The position numbers were made by a program, and so were the translations under genes. The notes below the pieces were generated by a model. The model saw nothing but the letters and a program-made list of their open reading frames with translations. It did no database searches and was not told the DNA's origin. A stretch of 64,000 nucleotides of DNA from Isurus oxyrinchus (lineage: Eukaryota), in assembly GCA_026770705.1 (NCBI GenBank), contig JANJGN010000036.1, positions 1,860,001 to 1,924,000 on the forward strand, read 5' to 3'. How positions within the stretch are numbered: the first letter of the stretch is position 1; every line of letters starts with the position of its first letter. This document shows, piece by piece, positions 12,241 through 25,455 of the stretch.

Positions 12241-13599
12241 GGGAGAATGCTGCTGTGTTGTAGATCAAAGCAATGATCCACAGAGAGAGATGTGCAGAGA
12301 GAGAAAGATGCTGAGAGGCTGAGAGACAACGTGAGATGTAGAGAGAAATAGAGGAGCTGAGGTGGGGGGGGGGAGATTGGAAAGAACAGAGTGACAAAGG
12401 TTCAGAGAGAGAGATGCAGAGAGATTTGTAGGTAGAGCTAAAAAGGGAAACATTTCACAATTCAGAGAGGTCGAGATACAAAGGATTTGGAGAGATGGGA
12501 TTTGAAAGAAAGATGTGGGGAAACAGTGAGGATCATGGAGGAGCAGAGATAGAGTCGCAGGAAGAGGTGGAGGGATTGAACTCAGTGGGGTTATATTGGG
12601 ATCGCTGCAGCACTGTCTCTTAACCTGGACCCCCTGAGTAACATCCCCCTTCCCCAACCTCCCGACACTGAACCCAAGCGCAGTGTGAAAATTCCACAAG
12701 TCCTTTCTCTGGGAATAGGAATGAGTGACAAAGACACGGATACATTTTTATTATTATTTTTCTCTCTGGTTTTAGCTCTTGTCCGAGGATTCCTCGCGGC
12801 AAATCGATTCCCTCTCTGCATCGTCAATGCTCAGCTTCCAAATCCATTCTCCTTGGGACAGAGAGAGAGAGAAATGGAAATTGATTAAAACAAAGCAAAG
12901 ATTATTGAAACAAAAAAGACAGAGTAAGATCCCAGGGCTCTTCTCACTCACTTACATCCACAATCTCGGACAGGCCGGTGGACTGGGGGGAGAGGCACCA
13001 TTTGAAAAACACATCCCCTATTATTAAACACAGACAATAGGAAGAGATTTAAAACGAGATGAAGGTGTAAATGCCTCGTGACCACCCGTCTCCCTCTGTG
13101 TTAAACCTGCCAGCTCCAGCTGCTTTACTGCCTCATTGTAAAAAACACACAAACACTGATCATTCCCCCTCACCGTCCCTCTCCCATTCACTGCCCCCAC
13201 TCCCTCTACCTGCTCACTCCAGGGCTGCTGCTGTTTAGACACAGAATATTCACATTGCACTTTCCACTTCTAACACTGTCACCTCTCCCTCTCCCTTTCT
13301 CACTCTGTTTCTCTCCCCCTCTCTGTAAATATCCAGCCCACCCCATCCATGCTCATCTTTCCCTCTCTCTCTCCCACTTGATAATCTGTAGCTACTTCTG
13401 TTCTTTTTCCCTTCCTCAGGATTGAACTTGATTGAAAGACAATCTGAAAAGTTTCTGTCTGACCATTTGAAATAATGATACACTGTGGCCATGTTTTATA
13501 TTTATTGATGATTTACTGAGAGAAATGGGGGGGCGGAAATGAGAATAATCCTCAATCAGCCGGTCAGTAAACTGAACGCAGGGTGGATAGCCATGGTTG

Positions 13600-16500
13600 C
13601 AGTGCAGGACAGACTGCAGGCCAGACATGCACAGCAAGATCCCACAAGCAAGGTGATGGTAGCCAGGTATCCTTCCCCCCCTCCACACCCCCAGAAATGG
13701 CTAATCTTCCTCTTTTAAACTGGGGTCAGGTGGGGTGGGGTGGTGGGGAACTGATTGTTTTGCAAAATTTTGAAAAATTCAGAGAAAACATTGAGTGGAA
13801 TTAAACCCCCACTCCCCACCCCGTCTGATTCATCATCTGGCCTTCAACACAGGGAAGATAACAGTAAATAAACAATATAAAAATAACAAGCACAGCGGCT
13901 CATTTAGACATTCAATTCAAGGAGCTCAAACATTGGACAGTCAATACATTAATGTTTACAAGCGCACAGCAGGATCCCAGACAGCACCACGAGGCACATG
14001 GCCACAATACAGAAACTCCAGATCCTGTGTCTCCCTCATAACCGCCCCTCCTTCCATCTGTTACCTCCCCACTCAATATTTCCCTCAATCTATCCTCTTT
14101 CCCACCTCTCCCCCTCTCTCTCGCTCTCTGTTTCTCACATGCCAGAATATGGAGAGGCAGAGAGAGAGAGAGAGAAAATCACAGTCAGGGCCTCAATAAA
14201 CTCCATTCAAAATGGTTCCTGCACATTTCATTAAAGCCTCAATTCATCGCAGTGTCTAAAACAGCAGCATTATTCGGGGAAACAGCTTCATGTGAACAAG
14301 TTTCACTTCAGGCCCTCCCACCTGCTTCACCAGTCGGTAAATTAATTTTTAAATTGTGCTCCCTGCTGGTCATTTGGAAAACCCTGTTGGTGTTTGCGCA
14401 CAGAAAGATCCCACACACTGCAGTCTGCTCACAGTCAGATCAAAGTAGTTTAGGTTGAGAATTGGTGAAAAGGCAAGGCAGGGAAATATCTTTAAACAAG
14501 ATAGCACAGATTGGCCCCTCAGTGACACAGATTGTTTTCACAAATCCAACATTCTGGAAGGCTGAGATTGAGGGTCTTTTCTCCAGGGACTGGGAGCCGG
14601 GCAGTGACTGCACGCCAGAGACCCCCAGGTCCTCGTCTCTTCCCTCCCTGGCCCTCCATCTCCCTGTTTTCCTCCCTCTCCCCTTTCTCTCTCCCTCCCT
14701 GATAAGTCACAATTGAAAGAGGGAGAGAGAGACAGCAAGAAAACACACAATCACATCCTCAATCAAATGAATTCAACAGGCTGCTGCACATTTTGTTTCA
14801 CCATCACATTCATCTCCTGAAACACGGGCCTTATTGGGAAGTTCAGACAATGCTCAGCCCCTCCCTCAAGGGCCCTGAAATTAGGTCGTGAATTGGGCCC
14901 AGTCACAGATTGTGCATTAAATCTCAGGGACAGGAACAGGCCCCAGTCTAACAGAACATTCCTCTCCCTCCACAGCTCAGCCCAAACCTCACAGACAGGG
15001 CTGGAGGTAGTGAGAGGAAAATGGGACCCACTCCCCATCAACCCCCACTCCAACCTCCTCCACCCACCACCCCACAATTCAAACAAGGGCAAATCACACT
15101 GGGACTTTTCTATCAGTTTTCTACAAGATGAAGTAAAGAAAGAAATGTCTGGAAAGAGAGAGGGAGAGAGAAAGCTGGAGTGACAGAAACAGGGAAATTC
15201 CACCCCCTCCCCCAGAAACCCTCAACCTCCCACAAAGACAATCCTGGGGTTTAGAACAAGCCTTTACCCAGGATCAGGGTCTTTTCATTTGAATGACAGT
15301 CAATGAACTGGTTTTTCTTTAACATCGTGTGGTCCCTGTTGGAGTTCAGGAAAAGTTGCAGGCCATTTCTGCACAGGGGGATCCCACAGGCAGCAATGTG
15401 ATGCTATCCGGATGGGGACAGGGAGACAGATTCCTTCCCGAGCCTCATGCCTGCTGTAATCATCCCTCTCCCTCTACCCCGGGCACCATGTGTGCTCTGC
15501 GTCTGGACACATCCCCAGAAAGGCCTAAACTCCCTCTTTAAAGCTGGAACAAGCTGCTGCTACCTTGTTGAGAATTTTTGAAATCTCCATCCCAGCATTG
15601 ATTTTTACAAACCAGGCATGCCCAGGAGCGTGTGACTGAGGCTTTTCTGCAAGGACTGAGATCTGGGCACTGACTCCACACTGGAGACCCCCCTCCCCAT
15701 ATCCTATGTCTCTTCCTTACCCCTTACCCCCTGCCTCTGTTTCACTGTCTTTTCCTGTTTCCCTCACTCTCCTCTCTCTCTCTCTGTTGTAACGTCGGGA
15801 CAAATAGAGAGAGAGACTGAATTCAAATGATTTGCTCCAGCTTCCAATTCATCGCCCTGCCTAAAACACCAGCAGTATTCAGGAATTATCACAATCTTTT
15901 ACACACTTTCACAGTTTAGAATTGGTAAAGGCTCCTGAGGGACTGGAAATTAGTCCAATCAGCACATTTTAAAAATGTAACTCATTGTGGCACAGTATGA
16001 AACACTGCAGGCATATTGTGCAGAGCAAGATCCCACAGGGGGCAGTCAGTTTTGGTCAGCACTTCTTAAATTGGGCAAATATTTACACACAGAGAGAGGG
16101 AGCAATTTGGAGAGAGACTAAGACAGTGCAGACCTCCCCCTTCAGAAGCTCACAAAGATTGAGTGCTTTACAGTGAAGGAATTAATTTTAAAAATACACT
16201 CATTGTTAGTGAGTCACTTGCTTCACCGCCCCTCGCTTCATTTTTGCAATTCAGCTTTTCTAGAAGGAGGTGACTGGGAGCTGGGCAGAGTCTACACATT
16301 GGAGACCCCCAGACCCTGTGTCCATTCACCCCCCTCTTGTTTTGCTATCTCTGCCCCTCTTTTTCTCTTCACTCATTCCCCCTTTGTCTCTCTCTCTCTC
16401 TTCACACATTTCTCTTATTCAGGGAGAAAGATGGAGAGACGAGGGAGAGAGAAGAGGCTGAGAATTTTACAATCAGATCAGTGAAGTGAATTAAATTGGC

Positions 16501-18760
16501 TGTTGGGCCTTTACCTTTCACTGTTACATTAATTGCTCTCAGGAACGCGCCCTGTGTTCTTGGTGAATTAGACCCGGGTAGAAGTTCCGGCCTTTTTAAT
16601 CCCACACCCCTGTGAGTGCTGGATAGAAATGTGCTCTGGAAAGTTCCTGTTTCACTATCTCAAACAAAAATGCACACCGCACTGGCCATGTTTTATATTG
16701 ACAATTCCACAATCTGATCCGCCCCCACTCAGTCAATGAAATAGTTATTAGGGCTGCAATTAAGGCATTTCTGCACAGCAGGATCCCATGAGCGGTCCCA
16801 CAATGGAGGAGTACACCCCCAAGACCCTGTGTCTCCTTCCCCAGCCTCTGAGCCCGCAACTCACCCACCCCCTCTCTGTCGAACTCTCCCTCATTCTGTT
16901 CCTCTTTCTCTCTCTGCCCCCACCTCTCCCTCTGCACCCTCTTCCTTCCCCTCATTCTTTCATTTTTAAAGTGTGGTCACTCTTGTGGAGGGCAAGGAAC
17001 AGGTCAGGGTGCGGGGGGCAGACCAAGTGTACGCAGAAAGATCCCACTCCCTACCTGCGTGTGCCCAGTTAAAAACGTTTTGGTTGAGAATTGGGGGAAA
17101 GTGAGTGGGGAATGGGCCTCACCCCCTCTCTCTCCCCCAACACCCCCCCCCCCCCCCAATTAAAATAACCACAGATCACATTGGTATTTTTATACATTTT
17201 ATTGAAAGATGAAATATGGACAGAATTGACTGTAGAGGGAGAGAGAGAAAGATGGAGAGACAGAGACTGAGGGCTGCTCTCCCCCGACCCTCACCACCAG
17301 CACCCCCCAGAGCTATATTAAACTGAATTCAAATGGCTGCTGCCCCTTCCATTTAACCCAGGAAACCCTGTGCCCCGGCCTGTCTAACACTCACAGACAT
17401 GACTCTGGGGGTGAAAAGAAGCCTTCACAAAGGCTCCAGATTCTCATTTCAGGCTCTCTCTCTCTCGCCAACTGCTTCACCTTCCATGAACCCATTTTTA
17501 TCAAGTGTGGTCACTGATGCAGTTCAGGAAAGGCTGCAGGCCTCTGTGTTTTTTTTTACACAGCAGGGATCCCATGACTTTCCCTATCTCCACACCTGTT
17601 GTGAAAGCCTCTCTCTCCCCCCCTTCCCCGTGTGGATTCCCCAGTCTGGGGTCATCTCCTCAGTTCCGCCCCACCCTCCCCCAACACAACCCCCTGAAAG
17701 GGCTGAAACTCAAACTGGGAAGCAGCTGGATTCTCTCAGGAGACATTTTTAATATCACTCCCTCAGGATTTCAGCTGGTGTAAAATCCCACTTTCAGGAA
17801 GGCCCTGACTGGGAGCTGGGCAGTGACTGCAAACAAGGAGCCCTCTCACCCCCAGGACCCTGTGTCTTTTAACCCCCCAACCCAAATCCGCTCTGTTTTG
17901 TTATCTCACCCCCTCTTTCCCCTGACCTCTCCTTTCTCTCTCTCATGTGGGAAAAGGCCACAGGCCACTGTGGGCACAGCAAGATCAGCTGGATGGAGAG
18001 AGAGAGAAATCCACAAACAGAAGTAGCAAAAACTGCATTAAAGTGGTTCCCCCTGTCCTCATCTGTCTCCAGAAGGTGCTTAACTCCCTGTCTTATTTTG
18101 GAATTATAACAAGCTTTTAAACAGCTTCAGGTTTCAGATTTTTAATCTCTTTCTCACACACCAAAGGTTTAATGTGTTTGTGATTAATTGCAAGGCCATG
18201 CTATTTTAAAGAGCCCAGGATTCCATCCCCATCCTTCACAGTTACACTATCTCTCAGCAACATCCTAATACAAAAATATCCCAGTTATAAACCAGAGGCT
18301 AAAACAGATTGAGAGACCGGTCGGTCCCTCCCCTATGTTTCTCTTTGTATCTCTCTCTCCTTAACTCACTCACATCCCAGTCCCCCTCACACTGTCTCTC
18401 TCTCTCTGTCTCAGAGATAAAAATTAAAACTTGATCGGGATAATAAACAGACACACCTCACATGGGCGAAGCCTGTGGACCAGGCCTCAGTCTATCCCCC
18501 TCTGGAAGAAGCTCCTTGTCCTTGTCTCAAACTTTCCCTCTTTGCATCCTCACCTTCCAGGTTTCAGATTACAAATTTCTCAGTTGAAAAAGAGATAAAA
18601 TGGGTTAAAAAGACAAAAGCAAGGACATTTTTTCAAAACAATGTAGCACAGCCAGAGTTTCCATTCTCAAGTCAATCTCTCAGCAACTTCCCAACACAAA
18701 CAAATCACAGTTTGAAAGCGGAATGAGACACATAGAAACACACACAGACATTGAACCAGA
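13600..18760 (+). repeat. Ancient degenerate tandem array of several-hundred-bp units
   Basis: Ordered recurrence of cagcaagatccca (~13632, 13968, 14401, 15372, 16023, 16775, 17035, 17561), gggagctgggcagtgactgc..gagacccc (~14590, 15660, 16275, 17810) and tgaattcaa (~14768, 15818, 17325). Confidence 0.6.
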
Positions 18761-20329
18761 GTGAGGACGGTGTTCACTCTCTCCAGAGAGAGAGTGTACA
18801 GGGAGTTTGTTGGATTGGGACTGGTTTGGGAATATCTTGATCCACATTGATCCTGAGTGAGCTGTATACAGACTCCACCCCCTTATTCTCGGATTTGTTT
18901 GGAATGTCTCTCAGTCCCACCCCTAGGAGCCCCGTCCATTGAATGTTAATCCCAGGACAGGACACCTTGCTGATCCTGTCAATTGAGGTGTTAATCCCAG
19001 GACAGACATGGTTTCAACAAGGGTCTGTCTTTATTTTTGGGTTAATTTTAAATCTATCTTTCTTTCCCCTATTGGTTGTGGGTACTCCAGTTCCAAACCC
19101 TGATCCCACACAAAGCCCTAAAACACTGACAGTAACACTCGCTCCCCCACGACACACAGGAAGTAGACAGAGAATGGGGCTTTTTACTGAGGTTGTGTCT
19201 GTGGATGTTTTACTGACCTCACTGTGGATTGTACAGTTTGTGAGTTTTGTCCCTCTGTGTGTGTCTGTGTGTGTGTGTCTCTGTGAGTAGTGTGTGCATC
19301 TCTGTGAGTGTGTGTGTGTGCATGTCTTGTCTGTCTGTGTGCATCTGTGTGTCTGTGTACATGTGTCTGTGCACATCTGTCTTCTAGAGTATCTCTCTGT
19401 CTCCTGACACTTCCTGCGCTGCCTGGTGAAGACATGTAAAGAACTCGAGTTAGACACAACCTCATTCCCCTGCCCTACATTTTAAGAGTAATTACTCTCT
19501 TTCTTATCACCCATTACCCACTTTCATCCCACCCAGATGAAAGATCATCCTCACTGTGAGGGGTAATAAATTATCTCATCTCATTTCTTACTCATCTCTC
19601 TCTCTCCCTCTCACCCCAACTCTTTCTCCCTCTCACTCAACCCAAACTCTCTCTCTCTCACCCAAACTCTCTCTCCCTCTCACCCCAACCCTCTCTCCCT
19701 CTCACCCAACCCTCTCCCCCTCTCACACCAAATCTCTCTCTCCTTCTCACCCCAACACTCTCTCCCTCTCATCCCCATGCTCTCTATCTCTCCCCACTCC
19801 CTCTCTTTCATCCTATCACTCTCTTTCCCTCCCACCCCATCTCTCTTTCCCTCTCACACCATCTCTCTGTCTCGCCACATCTCCCTCTCGCCTCACCTCA
19901 TCTACCTCTCGCTCCCACACACACATCCTCTCTCTCTTTCTCTCTCACTCTCTCACTCACACACACACACACACATTTTCTCTCACACACAAACACACAC
20001 ACACAGATATATTCTCATACACAGACACATGAACACACATACACATACACACAGTCACACACACAGATATTTCTCACTTTCACATACACAAACGTATACA
20101 CATTCTCTCTCTCCTTACACACTCACACACACACATTCTCTCTCTCGCTCACACACGCATACACGTTCTCTCTCCTGCTCTCTCTCTCATGGCACACACA
20201 CACACATGCATACACACTTTCACACAGACATGTCTTCTGATACACAAACTCGCACACTCTCCCTCTCTCAAGTTCACTCCTGCAATCTCTCACACACAGT
20301 CTCTCACACAATCTCTCTCATGCTGTCAC

Positions 20330-21170
20330 TCAGACACAAGCCCTCTCACACGCAATCCCTCTCACATGCAATCCTTCTCACACACAATGCCCCTCAGACT
20401 TATTCCTTTTCACATGCAATGCCCTCACAAGCAATCCCTTTCACACACAATCCCTCTCACACACAATCCCTCTCACACACAATCCCTCTCACACAGAATC
20501 CCCCTCAAACTTAATCCCCCTCAGACACAATCCCATTCACACAGAATCCCCCTCACACACAATCCCTCTTACACATAATCCATCTCACACACAATCCCCC
20601 TCATACACAATCCCCCTCACACACAATCCCTCTCACACACAATCCCCCTCACACACAATCCCTCTCACACACAATCCCTCTCACACACAATCCCTCTCAC
20701 ACACAATCCCTCTCACACAGAATCCCCCTCAGACACAATCCCTCTCAGACACAATCCCCCTCACACACAATCCCCCTCACACACAATCCCTCTTACACAT
20801 AATCCCTCTCACACACAATCCCCCTCACACACTATCCCTATCACACACAATCCCTCTCACACACAATCCCTCTCACACACAATCCCTATCACACACAATC
20901 CCTCTCACACACAATCCCTCTTACACATAATCCCTCTCACACACAATCCCCCTCACACACAATCCCTCTCACACACAATAGCCCTCGCACACAATCCCTC
21001 TCACACACAATCCCTCTCACGCACAATCCCTCTCACACACAATCCCTCTCTCACACAATCCCTCTCACACACAATCCCTCTCACACACAATCCCCCGACA
21101 CACAATCCCTCTCACACATAATCTCTCTCACACACAATCGCCCTCACCACAATCCCTCTCACACACGCTC
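20330..21170 (+). repeat. 16-bp minisatellite (acacaatccctctcac)
   Basis: Dozens of tandem copies within a CA/CT low-complexity tract (19580-21800). Confidence 0.9.
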
Positions 21171-21814
21171 TCACACATTTTCTCTCTCTCTCACACAGAC
21201 TCTCTCTTCCCCCATGGTCTCTCTCCCAACACACCACCACACTCCGCCCCTCCCCCCCTCCATCTACCCCTACGGTCTCTCCATTTTTGGATGAGAGAGA
21301 GATGGTGACAGAGTCTGGAGATCCCTTCTCACCCCATTTCTCAGCCTCTTTCTCTTGCACCCCTTCTTTCTCTCACTGTCTGTCCCACTCTCTCTCTCTC
21401 TTGCACCATCTCTCCCTTGCCCTGGCTCCTTGATGCTTTCTGTCCCTCTCTCTCACTCCATCTCTCTCTCCTCAGTCCTCGGTCACTATCGCTCCCTCTC
21501 TCTCTTCCCCATCTCTCTGTCACTCCTTGTCCTTTTCTCTCTTACACCGTGTCTCTCTCTCTTGCACTGTCGCACTATTACTCTCTCCCTACTCCGAATC
21601 TCTCTCTCTCTCCACCCCTCTCTCTCTCACCCAGTCTCTCTCTCTCTCTCTCTCTCTCCCTTTCTCTTTCTCTGTCTCTCGCCTTCACCCTCTTGCTCTG
21701 TCCAGATCTATCTCTCTCTCTCTCCCTGTCTCTCTGTTTGACTCTATCTTTCTCTCTCTCATCCTGTCTTGCTCCCTCTGTCTCTGTCCCTCTCTCTTGC
21801 CCAGTATTTTTTGA

Positions 21815-21965
21815 CCACAAATTGGATGTGAAGCTGAGGGGAAAATATTTGCAGAGTTACGGGGAAAGGGTGGACAAGTGAGGACAGCAAAACTGCTCTT
21901 GCAGAGAGTCGACAGTAGCTCGATGGGCTGAATGGCCTCCTCCTGTGCTGTAACCGTTTTGTGAT
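21815..21965 (+). mobile_element. CR1-like LINE 3' tail fragment
   Basis: gagttacggggaaagg ... ctcgatgggctgaatggcctcctcctgtgctgtaa, like other CR1 3' ends in the window. Confidence 0.6.
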
Positions 21966-22049
21966 ACACACAAAGATTATGTTTTCGTTCTCAAATAAGC
22001 TTCACTCCTTCCTCCATTGGAGGTTCCAGCACTTACATGTCACATGTGG

Positions 22050-22670
22050 GGAAGGGATCTCCCTCTACTTTTAAGGATGGAGCAGGGATCTCCCTCTATT
22101 TTAAAGATGGAGAAGGGATCTCCCTCCATTTTAAAGAGGGATAAGGGATTTCCCTCCATTATAAAGATGGAGAAGGAATCTCCCTCCATTTTAGAGATGG
22201 AGAAGGGATCGCCCTTCATTTTAAAGGTGGAAAGCGATCTACCTTCATTCTAAATATGGAGAAGGAATCCCCTCCATTTTAAAGGGGGATGAGGGATCCC
22301 CTCAATTTTATAGAGGGCGAAAGGGTCTCACTTCATTTTAAAGATGGAGAAGGGATCTCCCTCCATTTTTAGGATGGAGGAGGGATCTCCCTCCATTTTA
22401 AAGATAGAGAAGGGGTTTTCCTCGAGCTCAAAGATGGAGAAGTGGTCTCCCTCTATTTTACAGAGGGGGAAGGGACCTCCCTCCATTTCAAAAATGGAGA
22501 AAGGATTTCTCTCCATTTTTAAGATGGAAAATGGATCTCCCTTCATTTTAAAGAGACAGAAGTGATTCCCCCTTCATTTTAAAGAGGGAGAAGGGATTTC
22601 CCCTACATTTTCAAGAGGGTGAAGGGATCTCCCTCCATCTTAAAGATGGGAATTGATCTCCTTCCATTTC
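22050..22670. repeat. 30-bp quasi-palindromic minisatellite (gatggagaagggatctccctccattttaaa), array 1
   Basis: About 20 tandem units; reads MEKGSPSILK on + and MEGDPFSIFK on -. Confidence 0.9.
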
Positions 22671-22950
22671 CTATATTGCTCTGCTTCCCTATCTCATTCT
22701 CCCTCTCTCCCTGTTTTCTTTGCACACACACAGTCACAATCACACAGATGCATTCTCACACACACACATTCTCTCTCTTACAGACACCAATTCCCTCTTT
22801 CTCTCTCTTTCTAACACACACACCAACACCTTCACCCAGACACACAGACACACACATACACATACACTCTCTCTCACTCACACTCACGCACCCGCTCAGA
22901 TACATTCTTCCTTACATGCACACAGATTCTCTTACAGACACCAATTCTCT

Positions 22951-23149
22951 NNNNNNNNNNNNNNNNNNNNNNNNNNNNNNNNNNNNNNNNNNNNNNNNNN
23001 NNNNNNNNNNNNNNNNNNNNNNNNNNNNNNNNNNNNNNNNNNNNNNNNNNNNNNNNNNNNNNNNNNNNNNNNNNNNNNNNNNNNNNNNNNNNNNNNNNNN
23101 NNNNNNNNNNNNNNNNNNNNNNNNNNNNNNNNNNNNNNNNNNNNNNNNN
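22951..23149. other. Assembly gap (N); further gaps at 24156-24344, 25677-25812, 28147-28346, 42968-43146 and 48048-48189
   Basis: Runs of n, mostly next to CA/CT simple repeats. Confidence 1.
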
Positions 23150-24419
23150 AAACACCTTCACACATGCACACGGTCTCACACACACATTCTCTCTCTCACA
23201 CACACACATTCTCTCTCTCTCTCATTCACACACACATACATATGCACACTCTCTCTCCATCTCTCTCACACACACTCTCACACACATGAACACCTTCACA
23301 CACGCAAACATTCTCACACACACACATACACAAATATTATCTCTCTCTCTCTTACACAAACATTCTCCTTTCTCTCATACGCACAGTCACACTCACACAA
23401 ATATATTTTCTCTCTCTCACACACAAACACAAACAAAGGTGAGATGGCAGCTAACCATTGAATTGAAGGTGTGAGTCTTGTTCACAATGTGTTCAAATCT
23501 GGAAAACAGGGCTGACCCTGAAAACACAAATTTATCAATAGCCGCATTGGGCTGCTGTGAATTAAAATACTGTTTTCTCTAAGAATGAATATATTATAAA
23601 AGAAATTGTCCTGGATGGAGTGATTCACTACCGTCTGCCACTGCATGAAGCATTTGGCCATTTTAAGTTGGTTCGTGGTGGCAATTTTTACACCAAGTTC
23701 CAGTTTCATCACAGCAAGACTTCCTTAATATTGTAGACCAATTGATGGGACAGTGTAGATGGAGCTTGACCCTCTGTATAACGCTGTGTTGTTCTTCTAC
23801 ATTATCAATATTATAACATCTTCTTGTAACATTAGGTTTCCCTGAGTACTGAGTGTAACATTTGCAGCAGGCCAAAGTATATTATTCCTGGTGTTTGTAT
23901 TGTCTGAATCCAGCTGTCAATTCTCTCCTAATATTACTAATTTTTCACTGACAGGCAGGGGAATAGAGTTCAGCCTCTCAGTGATTTTCCAGATTTAACA
24001 ATTAAAGGTTGCAAATGGGTTTTTTATGGGGGAATGTTGCAGTGATGAGGGTGGGGACCTCCAAAATTTAGAGCCCCTTTGATGTCAAGGCGCGTGGAGC
24101 ACAGGAGAAGGCAAAATAGGGAAGCTTATATCAGATACTGAGGGCTCAAACACACNNNNNNNNNNNNNNNNNNNNNNNNNNNNNNNNNNNNNNNNNNNNN
24201 NNNNNNNNNNNNNNNNNNNNNNNNNNNNNNNNNNNNNNNNNNNNNNNNNNNNNNNNNNNNNNNNNNNNNNNNNNNNNNNNNNNNNNNNNNNNNNNNNNNN
24301 NNNNNNNNNNNNNNNNNNNNNNNNNNNNNNNNNNNNNNNNNNNNTGCAGCCAACCATCAGGAAGGCACATGGACTGAGTGACTTTATTGTTAAAGAATTG
24401 GCACACATGAGCAAGGAAA

Positions 24420-24990
24420 AGTTTGATGTGGACTATTTATAGGGAGCTTTATTCTGCAGGTACCCCATTCTCTACATGCCCTGGGAATGTTTGATGGGGA
24501 CAGTTTAGAGGGAGCTTTACTCTGCATCTAAACCCATTCTGTACCCGTCCTTGGAGTGATTGATGGGGACAGTGCAGAGGGAGCTTGACTCTATATCTAA
24601 CCCCATGCTGTACCTCTCCTGGGAGTGTTTGATGGGGACAGTATAGAGGGACTTTACTCTGTATCTAACCCCGTGCTGCACCTATCCTGGGATTGTTAGA
24701 TTGGGACAGTGTAAAGGGAGCTTTCCTCTATATCTAACCAATTGCTGTACTTGTCCTGGGAATGTTTGATGGAGACAGTATAGAGGGACTTTACTCTGTC
24801 TCTAACCCCATGCTGTACCTGTCCTGGGAGTGTTTGATGGGGACAGAGTAGAGGGTGCTTTACTCTGTATCTAACCCCATACTCTACCAGTCCTGGCAGT
24901 GTTTGATGGGGACAGTGAAGAAGGAGCTTTAGTCTGTATATAACCCCATGCTGTACCAGTCCTGGGAGTGTTTGATTGGGACAGTGGAGA
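24420..24990 (-). repeat. 69-bp minisatellite, inverted relative to 4540-6170; more decayed copies at ~25945-26270, ~28470-28990 and ~49480-49625
   Basis: Tandem tttgatggggacagtgtagagggagctttactctgtatctaaccccgtgctgtacctgtcctgggagtg. Confidence 0.85.
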
Positions 24991-25054
24991 GGGAAAAACT
25001 CCTACACGCAAAGGGTTGTGGAAGTTTGGAAAAGTCCTACCCAATTATAATTGA

Positions 25055-25455
25055 TGCTCAGCTTAGAAGAATGAGGGGGAATCTGATTGAAACTTACGGA
25101 ATACTGAGAGGCCTGGATAAAGTGGACGTGGGGAAGATGTTTCCATTAGTGGGAGAGAATAGGACTCAAGGGCACAACCTCAGAGTAAAGGGAAGACCTT
25201 TTAGAACAGAGATGAGGAGAAACTTCTTTAGCCAGAGAGTGGTGAATCTATGGAATTCATTGTCACACAAGGCTGTGGAGGCCAGGTCATTGAGTGTATT
25301 TAAGACCAAGATCGATAGGTTCTGGATTGGTGAGGGGATCACAGGTTACGGGGAGAAGGCGGGAGAATGGGGTTGAGAAAATTATCAGCCGTGATTGAAT
25401 GGCAGAGCAGTCTCGATGGGCCAAATGGCCTAATTTCTGCTCCTATGTCTTATGG
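25055..25455 (+). mobile_element. CR1 LINE 3' end (ORF2 C-terminus plus tail)
   Basis: LRRMRGNLIETYGILRGLDKVDVGKMFPLVGENRTQGHNLRVKGRPFRTEMRRNFFSQRVVNLWNSL, then gatgggccaaatggcctaatttctgctcctatgtcttatg. Confidence 0.9.

Noticed and set aside
11494-12397. Long overlapping ORFs of 167-243 aa
   Set aside because: Translations of the GA/CT minisatellite.
19556-21881. His/Thr/Ser/Leu-rich ORFs up to 245 aa
   Set aside because: CA/CT low-complexity sequence and the 16-bp minisatellite.
22050-22670. CRISPR-like array of 30-bp palindromic repeats
   Set aside because: Units are head-to-tail with no unique spacers, there are no cas genes, and the context is vertebrate.
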